Origin: Eledone cirrhosa
Taxonomy: Eukaryota
DNA: 64,000 nt
Direction: 5' to 3'
Assembly: GCA_964016885.1 (NCBI GenBank)
Contig: OZ024751.1
Coordinates: 27,342,001-27,406,000, forward strand
In this document: one piece after another, positions 53,701 to 62,044 of the stretch
Layout of the letters: each line of letters opens with the position of its first letter
How positions within the stretch are numbered: position 1 is the first letter of the stretch
Translations under genes and position numbers: made by a program
Notes under the pieces: generated by a model
Told to the model about the DNA's origin: nothing
The model's database searches: none
What the model saw: only the letters and a program-made list of their open reading frames with translations

Positions 53701-56700
53701 TACTATATATGTCACCTGTACTATAGACAGTACTATATATGTCCCCTGTACTATAGACAGTACTATATGTCCCCTGTACTACAGACAGTACTATATATGT
53801 CCCCTGTACTACAGACAGTACTATATATGTCACCTGTACTACAGACAGTACTATATATGTCACCTGTACTATAGACAGTACTATATATGTCCCCTGTACT
53901 ACAGACAGTACTATATATGTCACCTGTACTATAGACAGTACTATATATGTCACCTGTACTATAGACAGTACTATATATGTCACCTGTACTACAGACAGTA
54001 CTATATATGTCCCCTGTACTATAGACAGTACTATATATGTCCCCTGTACTGTAGACAGTACTATATATGTCACCTGTACTGTAGACAGTACTATATATGT
54101 CACCTGTACTGTAGACAGTACTATATATGTCACCTGTACTGTAGACAGTACTATATATGTCCCCTGTACTACAGACAGTACTATATATGTCCCCTGTACT
54201 ATATATGTCCCCTGTACTGTAGACAGTACTATATATGTCACCTGTACTATATATGTCACCTGTACTATATATGTCCCCCTGTACTATAGACAGTACTATA
54301 TATGTCCCCTGTACTATAGACAGTACTATATATGTCCCCCTGTACTATAGACAGTACTATATATGTCCCCCTGTACTATAGACAGTACTATATATGTCCC
54401 CCTGTACTATAGACAGTACTATATATGTCCCCCTGTACTATAGACAGTACTATATATGTCCCCTGTACTGTAGACAGTACTATATATGTCACCTGTACTA
54501 TAGACAGTACTATATATGTCACCTGTACTATAGACAGTACTATATATGTCACCTGTACTATATATGTCACCTGTACTATATATGTCCCCCTGTACTATAG
54601 ACAGTACTATATATGTCCCCTGTACTATAGACAGTACTATATATGTCACCTGTACTATAGACAGTACTATATATGTCCCCTGTACTGTAGACAGTACTAT
54701 ATATGTCACCTGTACTATATATGTCCCCCTGTACTATAGACAGTACTATATATGTCACCTGTACTATATATGTCCCCCTGTACTATAGACAGTACTATAT
54801 ATGTTCCCTGTACTATAGACAGTACTATATATGTCCCCTGTACTATAGACAGTACTATATATGTCACCTGTACTATAGACAGTACTATATATGTCACCTG
54901 TACTATAGACAGTACTATATATGTCCCCTGTACTGTAGACAGTACTATATATGTCACCTGTACTGTAGACAGTACTATATATGTCACCTGTACTGTAGAC
55001 AGTACTATATATGTCACCTGTACTACAGACAGTACTATATATGTCACCTGTACTATAGACAGTACTATATATGTCCCCTGTACTGTAGACAGTACTATAT
55101 ATGTCACCTGTACTATAGACAGTACTATATATGTCCCCCTGTACTATAGACAGTACTATATATGTTCCCTGTACTGTAGACAGTACTATATATGTCACCT
55201 GTACTGTAGACAGTACTATATATGTCACCTGTACTATAGACAGTACTATATATGTCACCTGTACTATAGACAGTACTATATATGTCACCTGTACTGTAGA
55301 CAGTACTATATATGTCACCTGTACTATAGACAGTACTATATATGTCACCTGTACTATAGACAGTACTATATATGTTCCCTGTACTATAGACAGTACTATA
55401 TATGTCACCTGTACTACAGACAGTACTATATATGTCACCTGTACTATAGACAGTACTATATGTCCCCTGTACTGTAGACAGTACTATATATGTCACCTGT
55501 ACTATAGACAGTACTATATATGTTCCCTGTACTATAGACAGTACTATATATGTCACCTGTACTATAGACAGTACTATATATGTCACCTGTACTATAGACA
55601 GTACTATATATGTCACCTGTACTATAGACAGTACTATATATGTCACCTGTACTGTAGACAGTACTATATATGTCACCTGTACTGTAGACAGTACTATATA
55701 TGTCCCCTGTACTGTAGACAGTACTATATATCTCCCCTGTACTGTAGACAGTACTATATATGTCACCTGTACTATAGACAGTACTATATATGTCACCTGT
55801 ACTGTAGACAGTACTATATATGTCACCTGTACTGTAGACAGTACTATATATGTCCCCTGTACTGTAGACAGTACTATATATGTCCCCTGTACTGTAGACA
55901 GTACTATATATGTCACCTGTACTATAGACAGTACTATATATGTCCCCTGTACTATAGACAGTACTATATATGTCACCTGTACTATAGACAGTACTATATA
56001 TGTCCCCTGTACTGTAGACAGTACTATATATGTCCCCTGTACTGTAGACAGTACTATATATGTCACCTGTACTATAGACAGTACTATATATGTCCCCTGT
56101 ACTGTAGACAGTACTATATATGTCCCCTGTACTGTAGACAGTACTATATATGTCCCCTGTACTGTAGACAGTACTATATATGTCACCTGTACTGTAGACA
56201 GTACTATATATGTCACCTGTACTATAGACAGTACTATATATGTCACCTGTACTGTAGACAGTACTATATATGTCCCCTGTACTATAGACAGTACTATATA
56301 TGTCACCTGTACTATATATGTCCTGTTATCTCATTGCCAGATATTAACCTCGGTGACTGCCATTTAATTGTGTTGAATGAAGACGACAAATGTTGGGTGA
56401 GTAGAAACTTAAACTCACAGCCTCCACTCACATCTGAACTCTCTCAGCCTCCACTTATGTCTGAACTCTTCTACTAATCTGTGTTTGAATGCTACCTTGT
56501 CACTTTAGCAATCTGTCAATTGCCAAGTGACTAGTTGCTAACAATTCAGTTTGTAAAATGGTTGACATTAGGAAGGGTATCCAACCATGACCATCATGCC
56601 AAATATGGAAAATATGAGTAAGATGAGGTTACCATGACATTCTATCAAACACATGTCAGTGGGGAAAGTAGATGTAAAATGATTGTGATGATGATGATGT

Positions 56701-58290
56701 TGGTGATCATGATGATGATGGTTGTGGTGATGGTGATGATGTTGGTGTTGATGTTGTGTTAATCAGTTTTGTCAGTTTCTTGCGGTTGATGCTCACTTAT
56801 CTCTGCTAAACCATCAGTTGCTATCTAACCCCCCCCCTCCACGTGTTGCTATGTAAACCCCCCCCCACCTCATGTGTTGCTATGTATACCCCCACCACAT
56901 GTCTGACATTCTCAACTCCTTCCTTCCCAGGTGGCACTGATTGTAGCTCAACATCGGACAAGGAGTAATAATCTATCTGGGATCAAAATGGAGTCATTAA
57001 AAGAAGGACTGAAGAAACTTTCTGTTGCTGCAAAACAAAGAAACGGTGAGTATCCAATATATTTCTACCTGTGACATCTACCTGTGACACCTCTACCTGT
57101 GGTTAAGAAGATTCTTTCACAACCAAATGGTTTGAAGTTTGCTTCCACTACATGGCACTTTGAGCTTTGGGTTGACTAATGTGTTGAGAAGTGAAACTTT
57201 GTAGACAGAAACTGCATAGAAGCCTGTCATGTATGTGTGTGTATATATGTATAGGGGAGCAGTCAGCAAAGTTAGGATTAACAATGACTATAACAAGGAA
57301 TTTAGCATTCAGGTTGTCTCTGTTCTTAGCCCTCTCCTATTATCAGATTGCAGGCTATAATAGAGGAGTTTAAGACTGGCTGGGAACTCCTGTATGCAGA
57401 ATTAGAGAGGAAATTCCAAACCTGGAAGCATGGCCTATAAACAAAGTGTCTTCAATCTGACAAAGACTAAGATCCTAGTAAGTAGAAGAGAAAACAATGA
57501 AAGGCAGACTGTATGATGTGTGTAACAGCAATGTTGCATGGTAGTGAGACTTGGGAACTGTATGTATATGAACAGCAATGTTGCATGGTAGTGGGACTTG
57601 GGAACTGTGTGCAGAGGACCTGCGTAGATTGGAAAGAAATGAAGCCTGCATGCTCCAATGGATGTGTAATAGTAATATACGTGAACAGCAAAACATAAAC
57701 GAACTGAGAGAGAAACTAGGCATGTATGTAGGAGAGGAAATTGCGTTGGTATGAACATGTGATGCATATGAAGGATGACAGCTGCCTAAAAAGGTGCAGA
57801 GTACTCAAAGGTGATGGAAGTCATGGTGTAGGAAGACCCAGGAAGACTTGGAATGAGGTAATAAAAGCTGACCTTGCCCAATTGCACCTCTCGAAGGTGA
57901 TGACACCAGACCGAGATCTCTGCCATTAGATGGCGATGGTGATGATATAGATATACATGAAGGATGACTGCTGTATAAAATGGTGCAGGGCACTCGAGGT
58001 TGTAGGGTGCTCCGAAAGAGGAAGACATGGGATGTAACGATAAAGGCAGACCTGACTCAGCTGAACCTCCCAAAGGAGATGACACAGGATCGAGACCTCT
58101 GGCACTACAAGATAGGACAGAAGACCCAAGATGACAAGCCAGCCCAATCCACAACAGAATCATCCAGTAACAGGGCCCCACAATGAGCAAGGCATGGCAC
58201 GGCCAACTGCCAGAACTCCCTCAGTTCTGTCTGAACAAGGTATGGCACAGCCATATCTCATATCTGTAAACCATGAATCTATTGAATCAG

Positions 58291-58340
<50 letters not shown>

Positions 58341-61300
58341 AAACTTTTCTACAGAAATACATAACATATATATATATAGAGAGAGAGTATGGCAGTTCTT
58401 GAATTATTGGTAATTCCATTCCAATAATGGTTCTTCCTCATATAGAACCATAGAGTTTTTTCTCATTTAATTTTAATATAGATATTGTTTCTCTGAGAGA
58501 TGTCTTTCATTGATATGTTTGGGTATTAGTGACTAATTAATATATAGAGATATAAGAAGTACACTAACGACTGAAGTTTATGATAGAATTATATCTATAT
58601 GGGGTGTGTAACGGAGACTGCACCAGTGTGTATAAATGTATACACATATCTAATATATACACATGTAGACATGCCAGAAAATATTTCCCTGTAAATTGAT
58701 TATCATTTTTTTTTAATCTCGGGGAAATTTGTATTTTCTGGCATGTCTACATATTAGATGTGTGTATATATTTATACACACTGGTGTTCTTTCGGTTGAA
58801 CTCTCTATATTTATACAGATATAACTTTATCATACACTTCAACTACTAGGGCACTTCTTAATTAATTACAAGTGCTAATTATATGCAAATTAGTATGTAA
58901 ATTAGTGTGTAACCAAAACTGTGCCAAAGTGTAAACAAGCCAGAAAATACGAATTTCACTGTAAATTGAAAACAAAATGATAAACATCTCATTATATGTC
59001 TTAATTAATTACAACACAAGTGCTAATTATATGTAAATTAGTATGTCCATTTCAGAATAATATCAAGAGAGAATGGTTATATAAACCCATGAACTACATG
59101 GATGATAGACACATCTGATGAGAGCCCAATAAGTTCTGAGAATCTATCATTTTTTTTCAATTTACAGTGAAATCCATATTTTCTGACATGTTTACATGTG
59201 TATATATTTTTACTGTTTTATCCTAGATAAGCAATCTCTTGCAGCCCAGTGGTTTTACTTGTCTTACCTAAAACTCTGTAAAGATCCACATGCAAAACAG
59301 CATTTAGCTGTAGAATACTGCCTCAAAAGGTTTCATCCAACCCATGCCAATAAAAGTAGATGTAAAAACAGGGATGATATTTATATTCTGAAAGAGACTG
59401 AAATCATTTGCTGTGCCTTATGTAATATCTCTTACCAATTCTCTTTATACAGCCAGCATCCACTTACCTAGGATTGGACATGATACACCATCATTTAACT
59501 GGTATGGAACTGAGAGACTAATCCGGAAACATCTAGCAGCGAAAGGCATCCCTACTTATATGTATCCTTATCTTACACCCTTTCAACACCAAACTGACCC
59601 TGCTAGTCATATATTGTTAAGACTCACTGCTATGACACCAACTCTGTATCTAACTTAACTCTAACTCCAGATATTATTATCCTCGGCGAAGTCATTTAAA
59701 ACGAAGGAGGTCATCACAAGAAGCTGGTCCTTCTACAAAAGGTCAGTTGTCTGTTAGTGGAGGTAGTGGTGGTGGTGGGTAGTAGTGGTGGTGGTGGTGT
59801 CTAGTGTTTCTATACCACTACCTCACACTGCCCTCTCCTGTACCCCTACTCACACATCCTTATCTCAACTCTTTCGTTTGCAGATGCTGCATCACCAACT
59901 GCTGCGTCACCAAGCCATGCTGCATCACCAACTGCTGCGTCACCAACTTGCTGTACATCTGTGGATACCAAGAAGGTCTCCAACATACTGTTGGAGACCT
60001 TCCAAGGACTCTCCCTATATCTCTGGAAGTGTAACTCTGAAGACAGCAACATCTACAAACGATATATTATTGCATATCCTTTTTTTTATTTTCTATTTTA
60101 TTGTAGTGTGCATGGCCTACTGGTTAGGGTGTTGAACTCAATCATAAGGTTGTGTGTTTGATTCCTAGATCAGGTGGCACATTGTGTTCTAGAGCAAGAT
60201 GTTTCATTTCATGTTAGGATTAGAGGCCACCCTCATTAAAACACCTGATTAAGCTGCTGTGAGATGTAATTGCTGAGCAGGTCAGTTCAATCTGATGATG
60301 CTGTAATTGCAGGTTTTGCTGTAGAAATAGGTTGTCATGTTTGGTTACCATCCTTAACAGTGTACTTATGATGGAGAGTTTCATTCTGATATTCAGGAAA
60401 GTACAACTCATGTTGTTGTCTGTGTCAACAGAGACATAGAGGTGAGTAAACCTTTAGAGATCTGATTCATTTTCCATATTAGCATGGGTTAGACAAATTG
60501 TCCTATTGTGAGACAAGCCAGATCAAATGAAATGCCTTGCTCATACAGAACTGATTTGGGCTTGGTTTCTATGGCAGGATGCCCAACCACATTTACACAG
60601 TAGACTGGGTGCTTTTTGTCATGACACTAGAAGGACAACTTTACAGTGTGTACTGGGGTGCATGGGGATTGATGTAGATCTAGGGTGGGGTGTTAGGATG
60701 TGGGTAGTGTGTTAGTACTAGTAGTATAGGTTATATAACTGTTGTTAGTAACATAACACTAGTATTGTGTTGTACTGACAAGATAACTTATACTGCCACC
60801 CTCCATGTAGGTTTTACTTTCCTCAAGCTGAAATATAATCAACAGAGATAACCCTTCTCTACCCCACATTAACATAAGACACCCAGGTTTCTGTAACATA
60901 TTTCTACATGTGCAAGTCCTAGTAGTTAGTGTTTTTAGTCATGAATTTGATTCCAAGACCAAATTTACATTGGGTCTTTGAGTATGGCACTTCATTTTAC
61001 ATAGCTCCAGTTCACTCAGCTGTTAATAAGTAGCAGCAGGCGAGGGAGAAACCTGTCTATCCTGTCTAGAAAGGGGGCTTGGATTCTCATTTAACTCCTC
61101 CTGAAACCAGGATAAGCTCTGAATTAATGAGCCTCTAGACTTAAGATGAACTTTAACTTTTAAATGTCTGCTGGGGCCATGAGGCAGACAAACCCATAAA
61201 CAATACCATCCAGTTCCACTGTGAAAAGGCTCAGCATGGCCAACTGGCTGGTCCCTCCTCATAGTGGTGTGATAGGGGTTCGGCACAGCCAATGGGTGCC

Positions 61301-61697
61301 ATCCAGTTCGGCTCTGCAAATGTGGTTGGTGTTAGGAAGGGCATCCAGCTGTAAAAACCCTGGCCATATTTTACAGTCCCATCAGAGCAAGCTAATGGCA
61401 TGGCCAGACTTATCTTTCAACGTGGACATCCCGTCTGACCCATGCAAGCATGGACAAATGGACATTAAACAGTGATGATGATATGTATAACTATAACACA
61501 TCTTGTCATTTATAAGAAATATACAAAAAGAAATTGCATTTTAAGCCAAAATTTGCTCTTTGATATTTCAGGATCTTGCTTCAACGATGCGTTCTGTGTC
61601 CTCCTCTGCATTTGTGGTGAGTATGAAGTGGCTGAAAAAATGTCTGAAGACTGGTCAGTGTTGTCCAGTTGAGCCTTTTGAACTGGACATTCTCTGA
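17600..61697 (+). CDS. CHD1L: CHD1L/ALC1 orthologue: SNF2-family chromatin remodeller with macrodomain and extra C-terminal BRCT; 25 coding exons, about 1015 aa
   Basis: Hand-spliced exons join in phase without internal stops (3048 nt). Motifs: [15 protein letters not shown] (Walker A), [10 protein letters not shown] (Walker B), [103 protein letters not shown] (ALC1 macrodomain). Confidence 0.96.
19017..19250. repeat. 30-bp minisatellite, about 8 copies
   Basis: atatcaccaacacgaggaaggttgtcctgt. Confidence 0.95.
19636..19838. repeat. 22-bp minisatellite
   Basis: ccaaaggtcctttgggcaatag. Confidence 0.95.
19840..20076 (-). mobile_element. R4-like LINE RLE fragment
   Basis: Minus strand [28 protein letters not shown]. 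Confidence 0.75.
20368..20480 (+). CDS. CHD1L: CHD1L exon 2 (Q motif, Walker A)
   Basis: ttcag|..[38 protein letters not shown]|gtacc. Confidence 0.97.
22656..22762 (+). CDS. CHD1L: CHD1L exon 3 (motif Ia)
   Basis: cccag|[36 protein letters not shown]|gtagg. Confidence 0.95.
23108..23590. repeat. 48-50-bp minisatellite, about 10 copies
   Basis: ccctccctcccaacactctgaggtcctggtaagagccgtgggtgtta. Confidence 0.95.
23780..24960. repeat. 29-bp minisatellite, about 40 copies
   Basis: catctatagtcacctcccatactgtggta. Confidence 0.97.
25030..25330. repeat. 18-bp degenerate tandem repeat
   Basis: aactcgttaacactaatg-like units. Confidence 0.85.
25627..25756 (+). CDS. CHD1L: CHD1L exon 4
   Basis: accag|[19 protein letters not shown]...LDVLITTYE|gtaag. 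Confidence 0.95.
26583..26907. repeat. 65-bp minisatellite, 5 copies, ending about 20 nt before exon 5
   Basis: tgagcccccactgttgatcataagtctgctgtaggaacagggtgggctagacaacaacactacacc. Confidence 0.95.
26928..27038 (+). CDS. CHD1L: CHD1L exon 5 (Walker B, DEGH)
   Basis: ttcag|[37 protein letters not shown]|gtaag. Confidence 0.96.
27604..27760 (+). CDS. CHD1L: CHD1L exon 6 (motif III)
   Basis: tccag|[30 protein letters not shown]...DKQ|gtaaa. Confidence 0.96.
28331..28486 (+). CDS. CHD1L: CHD1L exon 7
   Basis: ttcag|[51 protein letters not shown]|gtaag. Confidence 0.96.
28754..28861 (+). CDS. CHD1L: CHD1L exon 8
   Basis: tgcag|AFVNTSG...[20 protein letters not shown]|gtgag. Confidence 0.96.
29378..29732 (+). 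mobile_element. tRNA-head, CORE-like SINE with (TGA)n tail (relatives near 31100-31425, 33960-34200, 35745-35920, 39405-39615, 41860-42160, 46615-46995, 50025-50330, 61310-61480)
   Basis: GTGGTTAGAGC..GAGTTCAATTCTC head, CCTTGAGCAAGACA..CTCCAGTTCACTCAGCTGTAAAAATGAG core, TTAGGAAGGGCATCCAGCTGTAGAAA body, GGACGT.AAA.GATGATGAT tail. Confidence 0.8.
30357..30527 (+). CDS. CHD1L: CHD1L exon 9 (motif IV)
   Basis: tgtag|[56 protein letters not shown]|gtaaa. Confidence 0.97.
32150..33404 (+). mobile_element. RTE-clade LINE 5' part with decayed APE endonuclease
   Basis: [62 protein letters not shown]. Confidence 0.88.
34461..34500 (+). ncRNA. Minimal type-I hammerhead motif in intron 9, with an inverted twin at 34386-34425
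   Basis: ccgag-CTGAAGA-tcggctaaggt-GAAAC-aatt-GTT-ctcgg; 5-bp stem I, palindromic stem III. Confidence 0.65.
35156..35200 (+). ncRNA. Minimal type-I hammerhead motif in intron 9
   Basis: gct-CTGAAGA-cctcaaac ctca gtttggat-GAAAC-aatt-GTA-agc, then AATAAA. Confidence 0.6.
36320..37215 (+). mobile_element. RTE-like LINE RT/3' fragment
   Basis: [38 protein letters not shown]. Confidence 0.85.
37751..37864 (+). CDS. CHD1L: CHD1L exon 10
   Basis: cctag|[37 protein letters not shown]|gtcag. Confidence 0.97.
38396..38765 (+). mobile_element. CRE-like non-LTR retrotransposon RLE fragment (3' piece also at 16330-16405, minus strand)
   Basis: [44 protein letters not shown]. Confidence 0.8.
38828..38942 (+). 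CDS. CHD1L: CHD1L exon 11 (motifs V-VI)
   Basis: accag|[38 protein letters not shown]|gtatg. Confidence 0.97.
39912..39964 (+). ncRNA. Minimal type-I hammerhead motif in intron 11
   Basis: attttgt-CTGATGA-ggacgtgc tgtt gtacctcc-GAAA-tatgta-TA-ataaaat. Confidence 0.7.
40314..40482 (+). CDS. CHD1L: CHD1L exon 12
   Basis: atcag|[39 protein letters not shown]...DDKVK|gtaag. Confidence 0.96.
41610..41768 (+). CDS. CHD1L: CHD1L exon 13
   Basis: tgcag|[17 protein letters not shown]...[10 protein letters not shown]...TQR|gtaat. Confidence 0.94.
42560..42677 (+). CDS. CHD1L: CHD1L exon 14 (linker)
   Basis: tccag|[39 protein letters not shown]|gtaag; matches the ALC1 YxFEGxDYSKxPS motif. Confidence 0.94.
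42818..43908. repeat. 49-bp minisatellite, about 22 copies
   Basis: gagggaagtcagaccccatgacctatttcagggccactgaagtagtgt. Confidence 0.97.
43933..45146 (+). mobile_element. Near full-length decayed mariner (Tc1/mariner) transposon
   Basis: 29-bp TIRs ttgggttgagtcataaataatttccgttt / aaacggaaattatttatgactcaacccca, TA duplication on both sides; broken transposase from ATG 44083 with [22 protein letters not shown] motifs. Confidence 0.95.
45150..45259 (+). CDS. CHD1L: CHD1L exon 15 (linker); acceptor directly abuts mariner TIR
   Basis: catag|[37 protein letters not shown]|gtaag; an in-frame alternative acceptor ccccag lies 9 nt downstream (exon start 45159). Confidence 0.85.
45837..45916 (+). CDS. 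CHD1L: CHD1L exon 16 (charged coiled-coil linker)
   Basis: tttag|[27 protein letters not shown]|gtaag. Confidence 0.92.
46398..46459 (+). ncRNA. Minimal type-I hammerhead motif in intron 16
   Basis: ttttat-CTGATGA-ggatgtactg..cagtacctcc-GAAA-tatata-TA-ataaaa; 6-bp stem I, 9-bp stem II. Confidence 0.72.
47275..47612. repeat. 31-33-bp minisatellite
   Basis: gatatatgaccttgaacctgactactgtgta. Confidence 0.9.
47822..48003 (+). CDS. CHD1L: CHD1L exon 17 (acidic patch, macrodomain start)
   Basis: tgtag|[12 protein letters not shown]...[10 protein letters not shown]...[11 protein letters not shown]...FIIHCI|gtaaa. Confidence 0.96.
48069..49350. repeat. 25-bp minisatellite, about 50 copies
   Basis: ggtatatcatatctgtgtcacaata. 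Confidence 0.97.
50878..50976 (+). CDS. CHD1L: CHD1L exon 18 (macrodomain)
   Basis: ctcag|[33 protein letters not shown]|gttcg. Confidence 0.96.
51137..52112. repeat. 52-bp minisatellite interrupted by a MITE
   Basis: ttaatccagttcttgaaccatggctatctctgagaattactgatccctcccc. Confidence 0.93.
51295..51852. mobile_element. hAT (Charlie-like) MITE
   Basis: 14-bp perfect TIRs CAGTGGTCGCCAAC/GTTGGCGACCACTG; 8-bp TSD ccttccct/cctcccct (7 of 8 match). Confidence 0.9.
52200..56322. repeat. About 4.1-kb satellite of a 30-bp unit in intron 18
   Basis: ctgtactatagacagtactatatatgtc(c/a)c with 17-, 28- and 31-bp variants. Confidence 0.98.
56341..56396 (+). CDS. CHD1L: CHD1L exon 19 (macrodomain)
   Basis: gccag|[19 protein letters not shown]|gtgag; phases fit both neighbours. 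Confidence 0.92.
56931..57045 (+). CDS. CHD1L: CHD1L exon 20 (macrodomain)
   Basis: cccag|[38 protein letters not shown]|gtgag. Confidence 0.96.
57320..58135 (+). mobile_element. RTE-like LINE 3' fragment with duplicated end (relative at 33680-33850)
   Basis: [30 protein letters not shown]. Confidence 0.8.
58553..59200. mobile_element. Fold-back/MITE-like long imperfect inverted repeats (58553-58860 and 58930-59200)
   Basis: caccagtgtgtataaat..tgtagacatgccagaaaata versus tattttctggcatgtctaca..atttatacacactggtg. Confidence 0.65.
59453..59561 (+). CDS. CHD1L: CHD1L exon 21 (macrodomain end)
   Basis: tacag|[37 protein letters not shown]|gtatcctt. Confidence 0.97.
59562..59670 (+). other. U12-type (minor spliceosome) GT-AG intron 21
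   Basis: 5' GTATCCTT; branch-like AACTTAAC at 59652-59659, 11 nt before the end of CAG; splicing restores GIPTYIYYYPR. Confidence 0.9.
59671..59741 (+). CDS. CHD1L: CHD1L exon 22
   Basis: tccag|[23 protein letters not shown]|gtcag. Confidence 0.92.
59884..60073 (+). CDS. CHD1L: CHD1L exon 23 (S-P linker, start of BRCT)
   Basis: tgcag|[22 protein letters not shown]...[29 protein letters not shown]|atatcct. Confidence 0.9.
60074..60365 (+). other. U12-type AT-AC intron 23
   Basis: 5' ATATCCTTT; consensus branch TCCTTAAC at 60351-60358; terminal ..GTAC; splicing restores RYIIAYDG in frame. Confidence 0.95.
60366..60441 (+). CDS. CHD1L: CHD1L exon 24 (BRCT)
   Basis: tgtac|[25 protein letters not shown]|gtgag; BRCT GG-equivalent turn and THV strand. 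Confidence 0.9.
61572..61697 (+). CDS. CHD1L: CHD1L exon 25 (BRCT end, stop)
   Basis: ttcag|[41 protein letters not shown]; BRCT VxxxWxxxC motif. Confidence 0.9.
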   Translation, partial: DLASTMRSVSSSAFVVSMKWLKKCLKTGQCCPVEPFELDIL

Positions 61698-61779
61698 ACT
61701 GACCACAAGAATGAATTTGTCTGAATCAACTTTATATTTTTTTAATTATTATTATTATTGGCTGTGGAAAAGTTGAACA

Positions 61780-61785
61780 AATAAA
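61780..61785 (+). terminator. Candidate polyadenylation signal of CHD1L
   Basis: AATAAA 83 nt after the stop codon, followed by T-rich sequence. Confidence 0.55.
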
Positions 61786-62044
61786 ATATTTTCTAGTATT
61801 TAGTAACATTTTCATTTCAAATACCATCAAAGTAGGCTTTGAATTTCATTTTTGGGGGGCTTGATACAATAAGTACCAGTCATGCAGGTATCATTATAAA
61901 TTGACTATAGCCTTTATATACGAGCTGCCTATATTGGAGGAGGAAGTATATATTGACCCCAGTACATAACTGGTTAACAAAGAACGTAACTGTCCAACAC
62001 TTTAACAATACTGCCAATGTATCAGTTATTTGGCTAAAATTATT

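Noticed and set aside
52327-56477. Long Cys/Tyr-repeat ORFs (up to 448 aa)
   Set aside because: Products of a 30-bp intronic satellite on both strands; only 56341-56396 is a real exon.
59108-59146. CTGATGA-hairpin as another hammerhead
   Set aside because: GAAA core and NUH/stem I are missing (tgagaa); at best a decayed remnant.
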